DNA from: an uncultured Spirochaetota bacterium
Lineage (GTDB): Bacteria; Spirochaetota; Spirochaetia; SZUA-6; CAVTHK01
Reading direction: 5' to 3'
Length of the DNA stretch: 58,853 nucleotides
NCBI GenBank assembly: GCA_963734495.1
Contig: CAVTHK010000018.1
Coordinates: 1-58,853 of the forward strand
The translations under genes and the position numbers were made by a program. Positions within the stretch are counted from its first letter, which is position 1. Each line of letters begins with the position of its first letter. Below the pieces are notes generated by a model. The model did no database searches. It had not been told where the DNA came from and worked only from the letters and a program-made list of their open reading frames with translations. Of the stretch, positions 41,620 through 52,142 are shown piece by piece.

Positions 41620-43581
41620 CTACTGTGCGGAAACGAGGGTGCGCAGCTCCTCGATGAGCTGCTTCAACGCATCGTCGCCCGCGCCGCGGCGGGCCTCGGC
41701 GTCGAGAAACGCCAGCTTTGCCGCCCGGCCGCGCTTCCCGGAGAGCTCGTACACCAGGTCTACGATCTCCTGCACGGCGTTCTCTCTGCCTGCGCCCTCG
41801 AGCGCGGTCCGGTAGCGCCGCGTCCCGTCCGAGAGGCCCGGCATGAGGCCCGAAGCGGGCTCCGCGCTCAGAAAGGCTTCGAACGCGAGCCACGCGGCGG
41901 CGAGCCCCAGTGTTTCGCCCTCGGACTGCACGAGCCGCTTCTCCTCGTCCCTGTAGCCGCGGTACTTCTCCCGCAGGCTCTTCTCCCGCTGCTCGAACGG
42001 GGCGAGCCGCCTGATCTCGGCGTCGCGCGCCGCGAGCGCCCGCTGCGACTCCTCGGCCTGCACGCGGCTCCGCGCCGCGGCCTCCGCGCGGGCTCCCTCG
42101 GCGGCGGCCTGCGCGAGACGGTCGCCCGTCCTGCGCACGGCGGCCACCGTCGCTGCACTGTCCCCGGGGGGCAGCGTCTCGCCCGCGGCGGCGACGAGCG
42201 CCGCGGCGTACCGGGCGAGGGCCGCGGCGAGCTCCCCGCGCGCGAGGGCCGCGTCCGCTTCGGCGCGCGCCTTGCCAAAGGCGGCCAGCAGCTCGGCCTG
42301 CTCGTCCTGCTCCTGCTGATGGAGAAAGGCGTACGCCTCCGCAGCCGCGGGCACCACGGTCAGGGCGTCCCTGTAGCGCAGGTCCGCCTCGTCGCGCTTG
42401 CCGGCGGCGACCAGTGCCTTCGCCTCAGCCACGCGCGAGCGCAGTGCCGTCAGGGCCCCCGCCGCCGCGGTGAGCGAAGCAATGTCGACCTGCTGGATGT
42501 TCTGCTGCTCCTTGACCAGGCTCCCGAGGGAGTCGGCGAGGAACAGATCCACCTTCATCCGCTCCTGCACGCCGGGCAGCGCGACGAACCTGGGGTCCGC
42601 GTAGAGCCGGCGCAGGCTGTCGAGCTTCTCGAGGGCGCCATCGTAGCGGCGCGCGTTGACGTCGTCGGCCACGCGGCCGTAGAGGCCGAGGATCTGGCTC
42701 CTGACCAGCTCCTGCTGCCTCGTCTGCTCGCTCAGCGCCGCGAGCGCTTTCTGCGCCTCGGCCGCTTCCCGCCGCGCCTGCTCGCCCTGCGCGGCCAGCT
42801 CCTCGCGCGCTTTCGTCTGCTCCGCCGCCTCGCGGCGCATCGTCTGCTCCCGCGCGTCGGCCTCGCGCGAGATCGAAAGACGCGCCTGCTCCAGTCCGGT
42901 CAGGGCGTCCTGGTACTGGGACTGGACCAGCTTGAGCCCCGCAAGCTGCTTCTCCCATTCCTGCTGGAGCTGGTTCCTGTAGTCCTCGATCTCGCGGGCA
43001 ATCTCGCCGCTGCGCCGGCTCTGCAGGTCGCTGATCCGCGCGTTCACTTCGTCCCTGGACTGGCCGGCCGCGAGCATGCGCTTCCTCTCCGTGTCCATCT
43101 CGGCCACGAGAGCCTTGCGCAGCTCCTCCTCCTTCTGCCGGACGCGGTCGTCGATCTCCTTGAGGATCTGGTCGCGCTCCTGCCGCACGCCGGCCAGGCG
43201 CTGCTGAATCGACTGGATCTCGCCGTCCTTGGCCTGCAGGAGCTCGTCCGTCTGTCTGCGCAGCTCGGCGATGAGGCGCCCTTCGGCGGTCTTGAAGGTC
43301 CCCTGGGCGCCCGCCATGTCGGCTTCGCCGCGCCGCAAAGCGATCAGCCCCAGGCCCAGTCCGCCCGCCAGCACCACGACCGCCACCACGTTGACGAGCG
43401 CCGGGAAGAGCGCCCCGGACCGGCCGGACCCGACCGCGAGCAGCTCGGGAGTGACCTGGATCCGGTTCTCCTTGACGACGGCCTCGATGCGCTCGGTGAC
43501 GTCCCTGCGGTCCTCCGGCGAGATGCCCGCTTCGGGCCCGATCGCGAGCTCGTCGCCCTGCCCCGCAGCCACTCCTGACAT
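41620..43581 (-). CDS. Membrane-anchored long coiled-coil protein
   Basis: Single TM helix (FPALVNVVAVVVLAGGLGLGLIAL) then long E/Q/R/A-rich helical region. Confidence 0.7.
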   Translation of the reverse strand: MSGVAAGQGDELAIGPEAGISPEDRRDVTERIEAVVKENRIQVTPELLAVGSGRSGALFPALVNVVAVVVLAGGLGLGLIALRRGEADMAGAQGTFKTAEGRLIAELRRQTDELLQAKDGEIQSIQQRLAGVRQERDQILKEIDDRVRQKEEELRKALVAEMDTERKRMLAAGQSRDEVNARISDLQSRRSGEIAREIEDYRNQLQQEWEKQLAGLKLVQSQYQDALTGLEQARLSISREADAREQTMRREAAEQTKAREELAAQGEQARREAAEAQKALAALSEQTRQQELVRSQILGLYGRVADDVNARRYDGALEKLDSLRRLYADPRFVALPGVQERMKVDLFLADSLGSLVKEQQNIQQVDIASLTAAAGALTALRSRVAEAKALVAAGKRDEADLRYRDALTVVPAAAEAYAFLHQQEQDEQAELLAAFGKARAEADAALARGELAAALARYAAALVAAAGETLPPGDSAATVAAVRRTGDRLAQAAAEGARAEAAARSRVQAEESQRALAARDAEIRRLAPFEQREKSLREKYRGYRDEEKRLVQSEGETLGLAAAWLAFEAFLSAEPASGLMPGLSDGTRRYRTALEGAGRENAVQEIVDLVYELSGKRGRAAKLAFLDAEARRGAGDDALKQLIEELRTLVSAQ

Positions 43582-43698
43582 CCGACATGCAGTCCCCCCG
43601 CGCCGCGCGCTCCGCCTTTGCGCGCGCGCATACCTTTTACACTATAGGTCGGAATGTTCGCGACGTAAACAATTTTCCTTCGCGGCGGACCGCCGCGC

Positions 43699-44448
43699 TC
43701 AGTGATAGACGATGCCCGAGTCGATGACCGACACCTGGCCGGTCGTGCTGTCGCTGCGGCAGAGCTCGAGGACCTCGCGCGCCACGTCGTCGCGGTCGAC
43801 CGGCTTCTGCAGCGCCGAGGTCCTGATGTTGATCTCCACCTGCGCCGGGTCCATCCGCTCCGTCATCCGGGTGCCCATCATCGTGCCGGGCGCGACCGCA
43901 TTCACCGCGATGTCGGGTCCGAGGGCCACGGCCAGGCATCGCGTGAGGTGGATGAGGCCCGCCTTCGAGACCGAGTAGGCGATGCTGCTGCCCCTGGGCA
44001 TCAACCCGGCGACCGATGCGACGTTCACGATGCGGCCGCGCCCCTGCCTCTTCATGACGGGCGCCACCGCTTTGACGCACATGAAGGGCGAGGTCAGGTT
44101 GGCCAGGAGAATGTGGTCCCACACTTCCATCGTCAACGCGTCGAGATCCTTGAACGGGACGAGCTGATTGTAGGCGGCGTTGTTGACGAGGATGTCGATG
44201 CGGCCGTACTCGCGCTCGGCCTCGGCCGACCATCCGCTCGACCGCTCCCGCTCGTTGACGTCGGCCTGCAGCGCGATGCAGCGCGGCCCGAGGGCCGACC
44301 ATTCGCGGGCGAACGCTTCCGCCTTGTCCCTGGACTGCAGGTAGACGCCCGCGACGTTGGCGCCCGCGGCCGCGAAGGCCCGGCAGATGCGCTGCCCGAG
44401 CCCCCCGGTGCACCCGGTGACGATGGCGACTGTTCCCTTGAGCTCCAC
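43699..44448 (-). CDS. SDR family oxidoreductase
   Basis: TGCTGGLG, LVNNAA, YSVSK, NAVAPG; GAGGAGG RBS. Confidence 0.92.
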   Translation of the reverse strand: MELKGTVAIVTGCTGGLGQRICRAFAAAGANVAGVYLQSRDKAEAFAREWSALGPRCIALQADVNERERSSGWSAEAEREYGRIDILVNNAAYNQLVPFKDLDALTMEVWDHILLANLTSPFMCVKAVAPVMKRQGRGRIVNVASVAGLMPRGSSIAYSVSKAGLIHLTRCLAVALGPDIAVNAVAPGTMMGTRMTERMDPAQVEINIRTSALQKPVDRDDVAREVLELCRSDSTTGQVSVIDSGIVYH

Positions 44449-44477
44449 GGTTTCCTCCTCGACCTGGCGTCTCGCCG

Positions 44478-47030
44478 CTACTCCGACCCAGGGCCCGCAC
44501 CGCACCAGGTAGGGCATCGGGTGACGGGCGTGCCACAGGCCCGGATACAGCACGGCCTGTCCGTCTACGACGGATCCGAAATAAAGAAGAAGGTCCCACT
44601 CGGCCGTCACGTACGACGCGGGGATCACGGCCTTGAAGCCGCGGTCGCACGCGCTCCATCGCCGCCGTGCGGAAGGCGCCCTCGAGCTGGTTGGCGTGCC
44701 TGTAGAACAGCGTCCACGGCGTGCGCTGCGCATCGAGCGGATCCACGCGCAGCAGCACCTCCAGGTCGCGGCCGGCCCTGGCGGTCGCGGGCACGCACGG
44801 CGTCGAGCGAGGCCACGTCGCGCAGGACGCGCGGGGCGCAGCCGCCGCCTGCGCCGCGGCGCCCGCGCCGCGCAGCATGCAGGCGAGCTTCTCCACGTCC
44901 TTGTCGAGCTCCGGCAGCCAGTCGCGCCAGTGGCCCATCCTGCCGCCGGTGAGCCCGCCGGCCTGGAACACGAGGTTGTCGTGGAAGGCGGCGCCTCGCT
45001 CGGAGAGCCTGCGCCAGACGTCGCGCGCGGCCAGCATCGCGCCGTGCGCCTCGGCCAGCCGCGCCGGGTCCGCGGCCGCCTGGTGCCGGGCGAGGGCGAC
45101 GGCCGCCTTCACCTTGTGACTGTGGTACTCGGCGATGTCGGCGAGCATCGGAGAAGTCGAGCTGCGTGCCCGGCCACTCCGGAGCGCTCTCGATGCCGCG
45201 CGCGGCTGCGGCGCGGTCGAGCGCGCCGCGCACGTTCGCCGCCAACGTCGCGAGCCACTCGCCGGCCTGGAGCGGCGTGTACTTCGGCCGCAGCTTCCCG
45301 GCCGCGGCGTCGGCCACGTACTCGCTCACGCCGTAGAAGAGGCCCGGATCGCTCGGCTCAGCCGTGAGGTAGCTCATCGCCTTGCCCATGTACTTGTAGG
45401 GGCGGTGGTTGTGCTCCTCGAACAGCGCGGCGCCCGTGCTCACCTCGGGCCAGTAGGAGAGCTGCGGATGCACGGGCATGTGGAAGGCGGTGATGAGCGG
45501 CAGGATCTTGCCTGCGCTCGCGTAGGCGTCGAGCACCGCGGCGGCCGCCCCCTCGGGGAAGCGCGCGGCGAGCTCGCGCTCCCAGACTTCGGCGCTCGTC
45601 GCGGTCGAGTAGCCGAGGCGGCCGAAGGTCAGGTACGTCATCCAGTAGCGCTCGTCTTCCCACCTGCCCGCCGCGTGCTTCGGGTCCTTGTGGATGCGCC
45701 ACGCCTCCTTCTGCAGCGGCGTGTGGCCCCAGCGCAGGCCGAGCGGATCGCTGATCTCGAAGCCGGCCGCGTCGCCGAGGTGGCAGCTCGCCGAGAAGCG
45801 GCGCGCGTAGTCAGGGTCGCCCCAGAGCAGCACGCTCGTCGTGCCGTTGTTCCAGAGGCGGTAGAGGGTGTCGTAGGAGCGCGGGCGCTTCAGCATGTCG
45901 GCGTAGCTGTAGCGGCGGCTGTGGTTGAAGTTCGAGAGCTGCGTGAGCTCCTCGTGCCGCATCTGCGTGAGGTGGTGGGGGAGCCCCGCGTGCTCGCACC
46001 AGTACTTCGTCGGCACGGTGACGCGCACGCCCGTGGCGAGCCCGTCGCGGATCATGTCGTCGGTGAGCCCCTTGGCCCGCAGGTCCAGCTTGATGTCCTT
46101 GCGCACCTCGCCGGCGGCGTTCACAAGCGCGCGCCAGAAGTCCTCGTTCGACTTCTGCGTTCCGACTCCCGCCTCGTGGTTGACGCGGAAGTGGATGCCG
46201 TCGAGCTCGGGCGCCGCGCGCAGCAGCGCCTTGAGGCCCGCCACGCAGTAGCCGGCGAGGCTCGCGTCGTCCTTCGGCAGGTTGTCGACGAGACGCTCCT
46301 CCTCGCTCACCCACGGGTTCTGCTGCCAGGTGCCGAGGAAGAACTCGATGCCGTGGTCGTGCGCCATCCGCGCTATCGCGCGCAGGTGCTCCAGGCGGGC
46401 GTGCAGGTCCGCGGCCGAGAGGCCCTTGGCGCGCACCTTGGGGTACTCAGGGACTTCAACGTAGAAGGGATACGGCGGCGTGAGGTACCCGGTGTCGAAG
46501 CCCATGATGAGCGTGAACCGGTTGAAGCGGGCGGCCGCGAGCCTGCCGTACCAGTAGCGCCAGAAGTCGGGCGAGGCGTACCACTCGTCGTCGAGCTTTC
46601 CCATGATGAAGCGGCAGACGCTGCGCACCGCGTGCTCCGGGCGCTCGGCCAGGCCGTCCATCGCGGCGAGCGCGTCGAGCCCGCGGGTGCGCACGCGGTC
46701 TGCGGCCTCTAACAGCGCGTAGGCGAGGCCGCGGTCATCGGCGCCGGCGAGCACGAGCGCGGCGCCGGATCGAGCGCAGGCGAGGGCCTCCGCGGCCGCG
46801 GGGATCTCGACGCCCGCTGCCGCGATCAGGCCGCGCACGCAGGCGTCGTCGACGCGGCCGGCCACGACGACGGGCCCGGCCGGCGCCGCGGGGACCGTGT
46901 GCGCCGATTCCGTCGCGATGCCACGGCCCTCGAGGGCCGCTTGCAGCGCGGCCAGGCCGTGCCGCCCGGGCGCGGAGCCCGCGGTGCGGTCGACCAGTAC
47001 GACGCGGGTGCCTTCCTTCAACTTCATCAT
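44478..47030 (-). CDS. Large hypothetical protein, glycoside hydrolase-like (frameshifts ~45150 and ~44650)
   Basis: N-terminal LVLAGADDRGLAYALLE..DR motif typical of GH20/67/115-type N-domains, then TIM-barrel-like region. Confidence 0.6.
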
Positions 47031-47151
47031 GAACCTCCGTCGCGGCGCCCGGACTCTAACCCGGCGGAAGCCGAGCGTGCAACAGCCGGGGGCCCGGCGG
47101 TCCCTTCCATTGCGGGCGCAATCGTGGTATGGCAAGGGCGAGGTGGCACGG

Positions 47152-47955
47152 ATGATTTCACGCAGCCTGAAAGGCGCGAAAGAGGCCTACAGGAACAAGG
47201 ATGTCCAGGCGAGCGCCGCAGCGCATTTTGTCGGGGGAAAGCCGCCGGAGGCGGCCGAGGCGCACACGCAGGCTCAGGGTCGGTACATCAAGAGCGTGGT
47301 CTACGGGGGGCTCGACGGCATCATCACCACCTTTGCGGTCGTCGCCGGGGTGGCCGGCGCCGCCCTGTCGGCGGGCGTCGTCCTCATCCTCGGGTTTGCC
47401 AATCTGATCGCCGACGGGCTCTCCATGTCCATCGGGGACTACCTCAGCTCGAAATCGGAGAGGGAGTACCAGAACGCGGAGCGGGTGCGCGAGGAGTGGG
47501 AGGTCAACAACGTCCCCGAGGGAGAGAAGAAGGAGCTCGAGGAGATCTACGAGGGCAAGGGGATGAGCGCGGCCGACGCGAAAGCGATGGTCGCGATCGT
47601 CGCGAAGAACCCCAAGGTCTGGGTGGACATCATGATGGTCGAGGAGCTCGGCATCATCGGCTCGGAGGAATCGCCGCTCGCAAACGCGCTGGCGACGTTC
47701 TTCTCGTTCGGCGTCTTCGGCTTTGTCCCGCTCGTCACGTACATCCTCGCGACCTTCGTGCCGTTTCTCCGGGCGAACTCGTTCGTGATCGCCGCCGTCC
47801 TCACGGGCGCGACGCTCTTTGCCCTCGGCGCGGTCAAGGTGCGCATCACCGGAAAGAACTGGTTCAAGTCGGGCCTGGAGACGTTCGTGATCGGCGGGAT
47901 CACGGCTGCGGCGGCCTACGGGGTCGGAGCCCTGCTCGGCGGTCTGGCGCGTTAG
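47152..47955 (+). CDS. VIT1/CCC1 family Fe/Mn transporter
   Basis: VYGGLDGIITTFAVVAG, ANLIADGLSM, MMVEELG. Confidence 0.92.
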   Translation: MISRSLKGAKEAYRNKDVQASAAAHFVGGKPPEAAEAHTQAQGRYIKSVVYGGLDGIITTFAVVAGVAGAALSAGVVLILGFANLIADGLSMSIGDYLSSKSEREYQNAERVREEWEVNNVPEGEKKELEEIYEGKGMSAADAKAMVAIVAKNPKVWVDIMMVEELGIIGSEESPLANALATFFSFGVFGFVPLVTYILATFVPFLRANSFVIAAVLTGATLFALGAVKVRITGKNWFKSGLETFVIGGITAAAAYGVGALLGGLAR

Positions 47956-48047
47956 GGCCCGGCCGGCGTTCTTCCCGTTGAAGTTGCCCCTCCATCGGGG
48001 GGAAAATGGAACCCGGACCGGGAACACCCGGGATACGAGGAGCGAGC

Positions 48048-48704
48048 ATGGACGCTGCAAAGGAAAAGAAGTGCCCCTTCTGCGGGGAGACGATCAAGGC
48101 CGAGGCGACGAAGTGCCGGTTCTGCGGCGAGTTTCTGGAGCCCCGCGACCGTTCGTCCCCCGCCGAGCCGGCGGCCCGGGCGCCGGAGGGAGGCGCCGGG
48201 GGCATCGACGCGGAGATGCTGTTCGAAGGGCGCTGCTCAGGCTTCGCGCTCGTGCGGCCCGTGCTCGAGACGGCGGCCGCGATCGCCGTGGCGGCCGTGT
48301 TCTGGGCCCTCGTCGGCGGCCGGCTCGAGAGAATCGACCTGAAGCAGCTGGTCTCCGCCGCGGCGCTGGCCATCGTCGTCATCGCGCTCCTTCGGCTCCT
48401 GTTCGTCTGGCTCGACTTCATCAACAGGAAGTACACCATCACCGGCGAGCGGATAGAGCACGAGCAGGGCGTCCTGCGGAAGTCGTTCAGGAACATGGAC
48501 ATGTGGAGGGTCCAGGACGTCGCCTACGAGCAGACACTGGTCGAGCGGGTCTTCGGCCTCGGCCGCGTGAAGATCCGCTCCTCGGACAAAGACACGCAGC
48601 TCATGGTTGTCGGGCCGATCCGCGAAGCGAAGCAGCTCTACGACAAGCTCAAGAAAGCCCAGATCGACGCGGACAGGCGGCGAGGCGTCGTGCACCTCGA
48701 ATAG
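48048..48704 (+). CDS. Zinc-ribbon + 2TM + bacterial PH domain protein
   Basis: CPFCGE..A.KCRFCGEFL; YTITGERI...GVL; EQTLVERVFGLGRV. Confidence 0.82.
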   Translation: MDAAKEKKCPFCGETIKAEATKCRFCGEFLEPRDRSSPAEPAARAPEGGAGGIDAEMLFEGRCSGFALVRPVLETAAAIAVAAVFWALVGGRLERIDLKQLVSAAALAIVVIALLRLLFVWLDFINRKYTITGERIEHEQGVLRKSFRNMDMWRVQDVAYEQTLVERVFGLGRVKIRSSDKDTQLMVVGPIREAKQLYDKLKKAQIDADRRRGVVHLE

Positions 48705-48745
48705 TCGCTGTCTTGTTGCCGCTCGCCTTTGCCCGGGGAACCCAC

Positions 48746-48773
48746 TTGACACATTCTGTAACAGTGTTATATT
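48746..48773 (+). promoter_or_regulatory. tetR-gene promoter with overlapping operator
   Basis: TTGACA-N16-TATATT with TGn; palindrome TAACAGTGTTA at 48759-48769. Confidence 0.72.
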
Positions 48774-48803
48774 AACCTCGTTAGGCAAGGCAAGGCGAGA
48801 GAA

Positions 48804-49421
48804 ATGGCACGACCCGCAAACCCGGAGCTCCCGGCCAGGATCCTCAAGGCGGCCGAAAAGGTCGTGAGGGCCAGGGGCCACGAGGCGATCAACATGCGCG
48901 ACCTCGCGGCACAGGTCGGGGTGACGGCCACCGCCATCTACCACTACTTCAGCGGCAAGCCCGAGCTGCTCCTGCAGCTCAAGCTGCGGGCTGTCGAGCT
49001 GCTCAACGAGCGGATCCGCAGCCTCGACCCCGCTCTGGACCCTATGGAGCTGCTGCACCGGCTGGGCCGCGAGTACGTGGCCTTTGCCGAAGAGCACCCC
49101 AACCTCTACCGGCTCGTCTTCGAAGCCCCGATCGGCCGCACGTCCCTGGCCGATTCGGAGCAGTCGGTCCTGTACTTCACCTACCGCACGGCGCGCGGCG
49201 CCCTCGAGCGCCTGGCCGCCCGCGGCCAGTACCCCATCGATCCACGATACGGCGCTATGATGGGCTGGATCATGCTTCACGGCTTCAGCGCGCTCATGAT
49301 GTCGGGGAGCCTCCAGCCCGCGGAGGGCATGGATCGCGATGAGCTCCGCGAGCTGTTCCTGAGCTTTTACAGCGGCGACCAGCAGAGGAAACAAAAAAAG
49401 GAGAAGGCCCGGGGCAAGTGA
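48804..49421 (+). CDS. TetR/AcrR family regulator (WHG-type C-domain)
   Basis: ILKAA, MRDLAAQVGVTATAIYHYFSGK, WIMLHG. Confidence 0.93.
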   Translation: MARPANPELPARILKAAEKVVRARGHEAINMRDLAAQVGVTATAIYHYFSGKPELLLQLKLRAVELLNERIRSLDPALDPMELLHRLGREYVAFAEEHPNLYRLVFEAPIGRTSLADSEQSVLYFTYRTARGALERLAARGQYPIDPRYGAMMGWIMLHGFSALMMSGSLQPAEGMDRDELRELFLSFYSGDQQRKQKKEKARGK

Positions 49422-49463
49422 GAAGCGGTCGCGACGGCGGTCGACTTCTTCATGACAATATTC

Positions 49464-49474
49464 TAACGCCGTTA
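49464..49474. promoter_or_regulatory. Second candidate TetR operator
   Basis: TAACGCCGTTA, same TAAC-N3-GTTA palindrome as 48759-48769. Confidence 0.65.
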
Positions 49475-49525
49475 CATAAACGGCGCGGCCGGCGCGATGA
49501 CCGGCCTGGCAAAACGGAGGTCGGT

Positions 49526-50950
49526 ATGAAGATCGTGGTCCTGAACGGCAGCCCCAAGGGGCGGCAGAGCGTCACCATGCAGTACGTGGAGTACCTGGCG
49601 CGCAGGTTCCCGGAGGTGGAGCTCGAGGTGCACGACGTGGCGCAGAGGATCGGCGGGCTGGAAAAGGATCCCGCGCGCTTTGCGGAAGTGATCGACTCGG
49701 TGCGCCGGGCCGACGGGGTGCTCTGGGCCTTTCCCCTGTACATCCTCCTGGTCTGCTCGCAGTACAAGCGCTTTGTCGAGCTGATCCGCGAGCGCGGCGT
49801 CGAGGGTGCGTTTGCGGGCAAGTATGCGGCCACGCTGAGCACGTCCATCAACTTCTACGACTCGACGGCGCATGCCTGGATGCGCAGCGTGGTCGAAGAC
49901 CTGGGCATGCCGTTCGCGGGCTTCTATTCCGCGAACATGCATGACCTGATGAAGCCCGCTGAGCGCGAGCGGCTCGAGCGCTTTGCCGCGGACCTCTTCG
50001 CGGTCATCCGCAGCCGCGCGGCCCTGCCCCGGCGGTACGCGCCGCTCGCCGCGATCCCGGGAGCCGCCCTCGGCTTCGGCTCGCCCGCGGCCCGCGTTCC
50101 GACGCAGGGCCGCCGCATCATCGTGCTCACCGACGCGCTGCCTGAGCACGCGCGCCTGCGCGCGCTCGTCGATCGCTTTGTCGCGTCCTTTGACGGCCCG
50201 GTGGAAGTCGTGAACCTCCACGACGTCGACATCCGGGGAGGGTGCCTCGGCTGCCTCCGCTGCGGCGCGGACTACCGCTGCGCTTACACCGGCAAGGACG
50301 GTTTCATCGACTTCTACAACGATGCGGTGAAAGAAGCAGACGTCCTGGTGTTCGCCGGCACGATCGTCGCCCGGCAGCTCTCCTGGAAGTGGCGGCAGTT
50401 CTTTGACCGGAGCTTTTTCAACACGCACACCCCGTCGATCATCGGGAAGCAGGTCGCGTTTCTCGTCTCCGGTCCGCTGTCGCAGATCCCGGAGCTCCGC
50501 ACGTGCTACGAAGCCTGGATGGAGATCCAGCAGTCGAATCTCCTGGAGTTCGTGTCAGACGAAGGCGACGGGGCGGCGGTCGAGCGGCAGCTCGACAGCC
50601 TCGCGGAGCGCCTGGTGCGTCTCTCGCTCGCGGGCTACATCAGGCCGCGGACCTTTCTCGGCGTCGCGGGCCTCAAGATCTTCCGCGACGACATCTGGGG
50701 AGGCCTGCGCGTCGTGTTCCGCGCAGACCACAAAGCGTACAAACGGATGAAGCTCTACGACTTTCCACAGCGAAAGCTGCTGAAGCGCCTGACCATGGGT
50801 GCGGCATGGGTGGTCACCGGGCTGCCCGGTATCCGCAGCCGCTTTCCTGCGATGATCAAGAGCCAGATGGTGCAGCCCTACCGCAAGATCGTCGAAGCGG
50901 CCGGCGCGCCTGCCCGGCGCCCGGCGGCCGCTGTCGCAGCGGCGCCCTGA
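49526..50950 (+). CDS. NAD(P)H-dependent FMN reductase / iron-sulfur flavoprotein-like, two flavodoxin domains
   Basis: LNGSPKG; CLGCLRC.....C cluster motif; FFDRSF; GGAGG RBS. Confidence 0.85.
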   Translation: MKIVVLNGSPKGRQSVTMQYVEYLARRFPEVELEVHDVAQRIGGLEKDPARFAEVIDSVRRADGVLWAFPLYILLVCSQYKRFVELIRERGVEGAFAGKYAATLSTSINFYDSTAHAWMRSVVEDLGMPFAGFYSANMHDLMKPAERERLERFAADLFAVIRSRAALPRRYAPLAAIPGAALGFGSPAARVPTQGRRIIVLTDALPEHARLRALVDRFVASFDGPVEVVNLHDVDIRGGCLGCLRCGADYRCAYTGKDGFIDFYNDAVKEADVLVFAGTIVARQLSWKWRQFFDRSFFNTHTPSIIGKQVAFLVSGPLSQIPELRTCYEAWMEIQQSNLLEFVSDEGDGAAVERQLDSLAERLVRLSLAGYIRPRTFLGVAGLKIFRDDIWGGLRVVFRADHKAYKRMKLYDFPQRKLLKRLTMGAAWVVTGLPGIRSRFPAMIKSQMVQPYRKIVEAAGAPARRPAAAVAAAP

Positions 50951-51088
50951 CAGCGGTGCTGCCGCCTGCGGAACGGCGGACGTGCCCGTCGCGCAGCTCT
51001 CTCTCGAAGCGATGCGGGACATGCGGCTTCGGCCTCGCGCCTCCCGGCAGCCTTGCTCCGCGCGCGCCGGCCCCGCTATGCTTGGGCC

Positions 51089-51661
51089 ATGGCGGAAACG
51101 GGTTTGGAGGCGGAACGAGAGAAGGCGGTGCAGATACTCACGGCGGCCTACGCGCAGGACCGCATTTCGACGGAAGAGCTTGAGACGCGCCTGCAGACCG
51201 TCACCGATGCGGCATCGCGGTCGGCGATTGAGGTCGCCGTGAGTGACCTGCGCGAGACGCCGCTCGCCGCTTCCGCGGCCGATGGCCTGTCACTGGGCGG
51301 CGGGGAACGGCAGGTGATGCAGGGAAGCATGCAGAGGCTGCGGCGCGAGGGTCACTGGCTGCGCTCCCATCGGATCACGATCGTGCAGACGGGCTCCAGC
51401 ATGCGCCTCGACTTCGACGAGCTCGCCGGCCGCGCCGGCGAGGTGTTCGAGGTCGAGCTCCTGCTCAAGGGCTGCAGCTGCAGGATCAAGGTGCCTCGCG
51501 GCACACGCATCGAGGAGCAACTGGAGCCGCACATGAGCTCATACAGATGCTCCGGCTCGCTGCGTCGCCACGACAGTGCCGGCGGCTGCACCCTGGTCCT
51601 TCGAGGCAAGGTGGTCGCAAGCAGCATCAGGATCTCTCCCAGCCGCAGCCGGACGCGATGA
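51089..51661 (+). CDS. DUF1707 (SHOCT-like) domain protein
   Basis: EREKAVQILTAAYAQDRISTEELETRL; C-terminal beta-rich LiaF-like region. Confidence 0.8.
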   Translation: MAETGLEAEREKAVQILTAAYAQDRISTEELETRLQTVTDAASRSAIEVAVSDLRETPLAASAADGLSLGGGERQVMQGSMQRLRREGHWLRSHRITIVQTGSSMRLDFDELAGRAGEVFEVELLLKGCSCRIKVPRGTRIEEQLEPHMSSYRCSGSLRRHDSAGGCTLVLRGKVVASSIRISPSRSRTR

Positions 51662-52000
51662 GGCCGTCCCTTCCCCCCATCGAGACGGTCGACCAGTTCC
51701 CGCGAATCGCGGCCGATTTCCGCGCTTTCCTTTCCAGCCTCTCGCCTACCGACTGGGAGGAAGGGAGGTCCCCCCGACATGGACCGTCAAGGATATGGCC
51801 GCGCAGGCCGACCCCGACGGGCGCCGGCAACCGCAAACCACGTGGATCTCGCACGCCACGTAACCTCGATCGACGATGACTGGGTCGCCGCGTTTCGAAG
51901 GATCAGCCCCACCGTTCTGCTCGACCGCATCGAGCCGCAGCTGCTACGCGTGCGCGGGGGGCGGGTGACATGGCAGCCCTGGCGAACCCCGCCGGCGCCC
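51658..52000 (+). pseudogene. Decayed maleylpyruvate isomerase N-terminal (MDMPI/DinB-like) gene
   Basis: Fragments PIETVDQFP..FLSSLSPTDW, WTVKDMAA, WVAAFRRISP.VLLD in different frames; far shorter than the family. Confidence 0.6.
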
Positions 52001-52030
52001 CCTGCCCCCACTGATCCCGCCGGAGAATCG

Positions 52031-52059
52031 TTGACATCGCGGGGGTCGCCGACTAAGCT
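52031..52059 (+). promoter_or_regulatory. sigma70-type promoter
   Basis: TTGACA-N17-TAAGCT. Confidence 0.65.
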
Positions 52060-52142
52060 CACGTCGACATGCGGGCGACCGCGTCCGGGCCACGGCGCCG
52101 GGACGCGCCCGCCCATTCTTCCGCCACAAGGAGCAAGGATCT

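Noticed and set aside
41029-43578. 849-aa + strand ORF and many other long overlapping ORFs
   Set aside because: Antisense/alternate-frame shadows typical of very GC-rich DNA; Arg/Gly/Pro-rich with no motifs
43699-44733. Apparent N-terminal extension of the SDR
   Set aside because: It is the frameshifted C-terminus of the upstream gene; the SDR has its own GAGGAGG RBS and GTG at 44448
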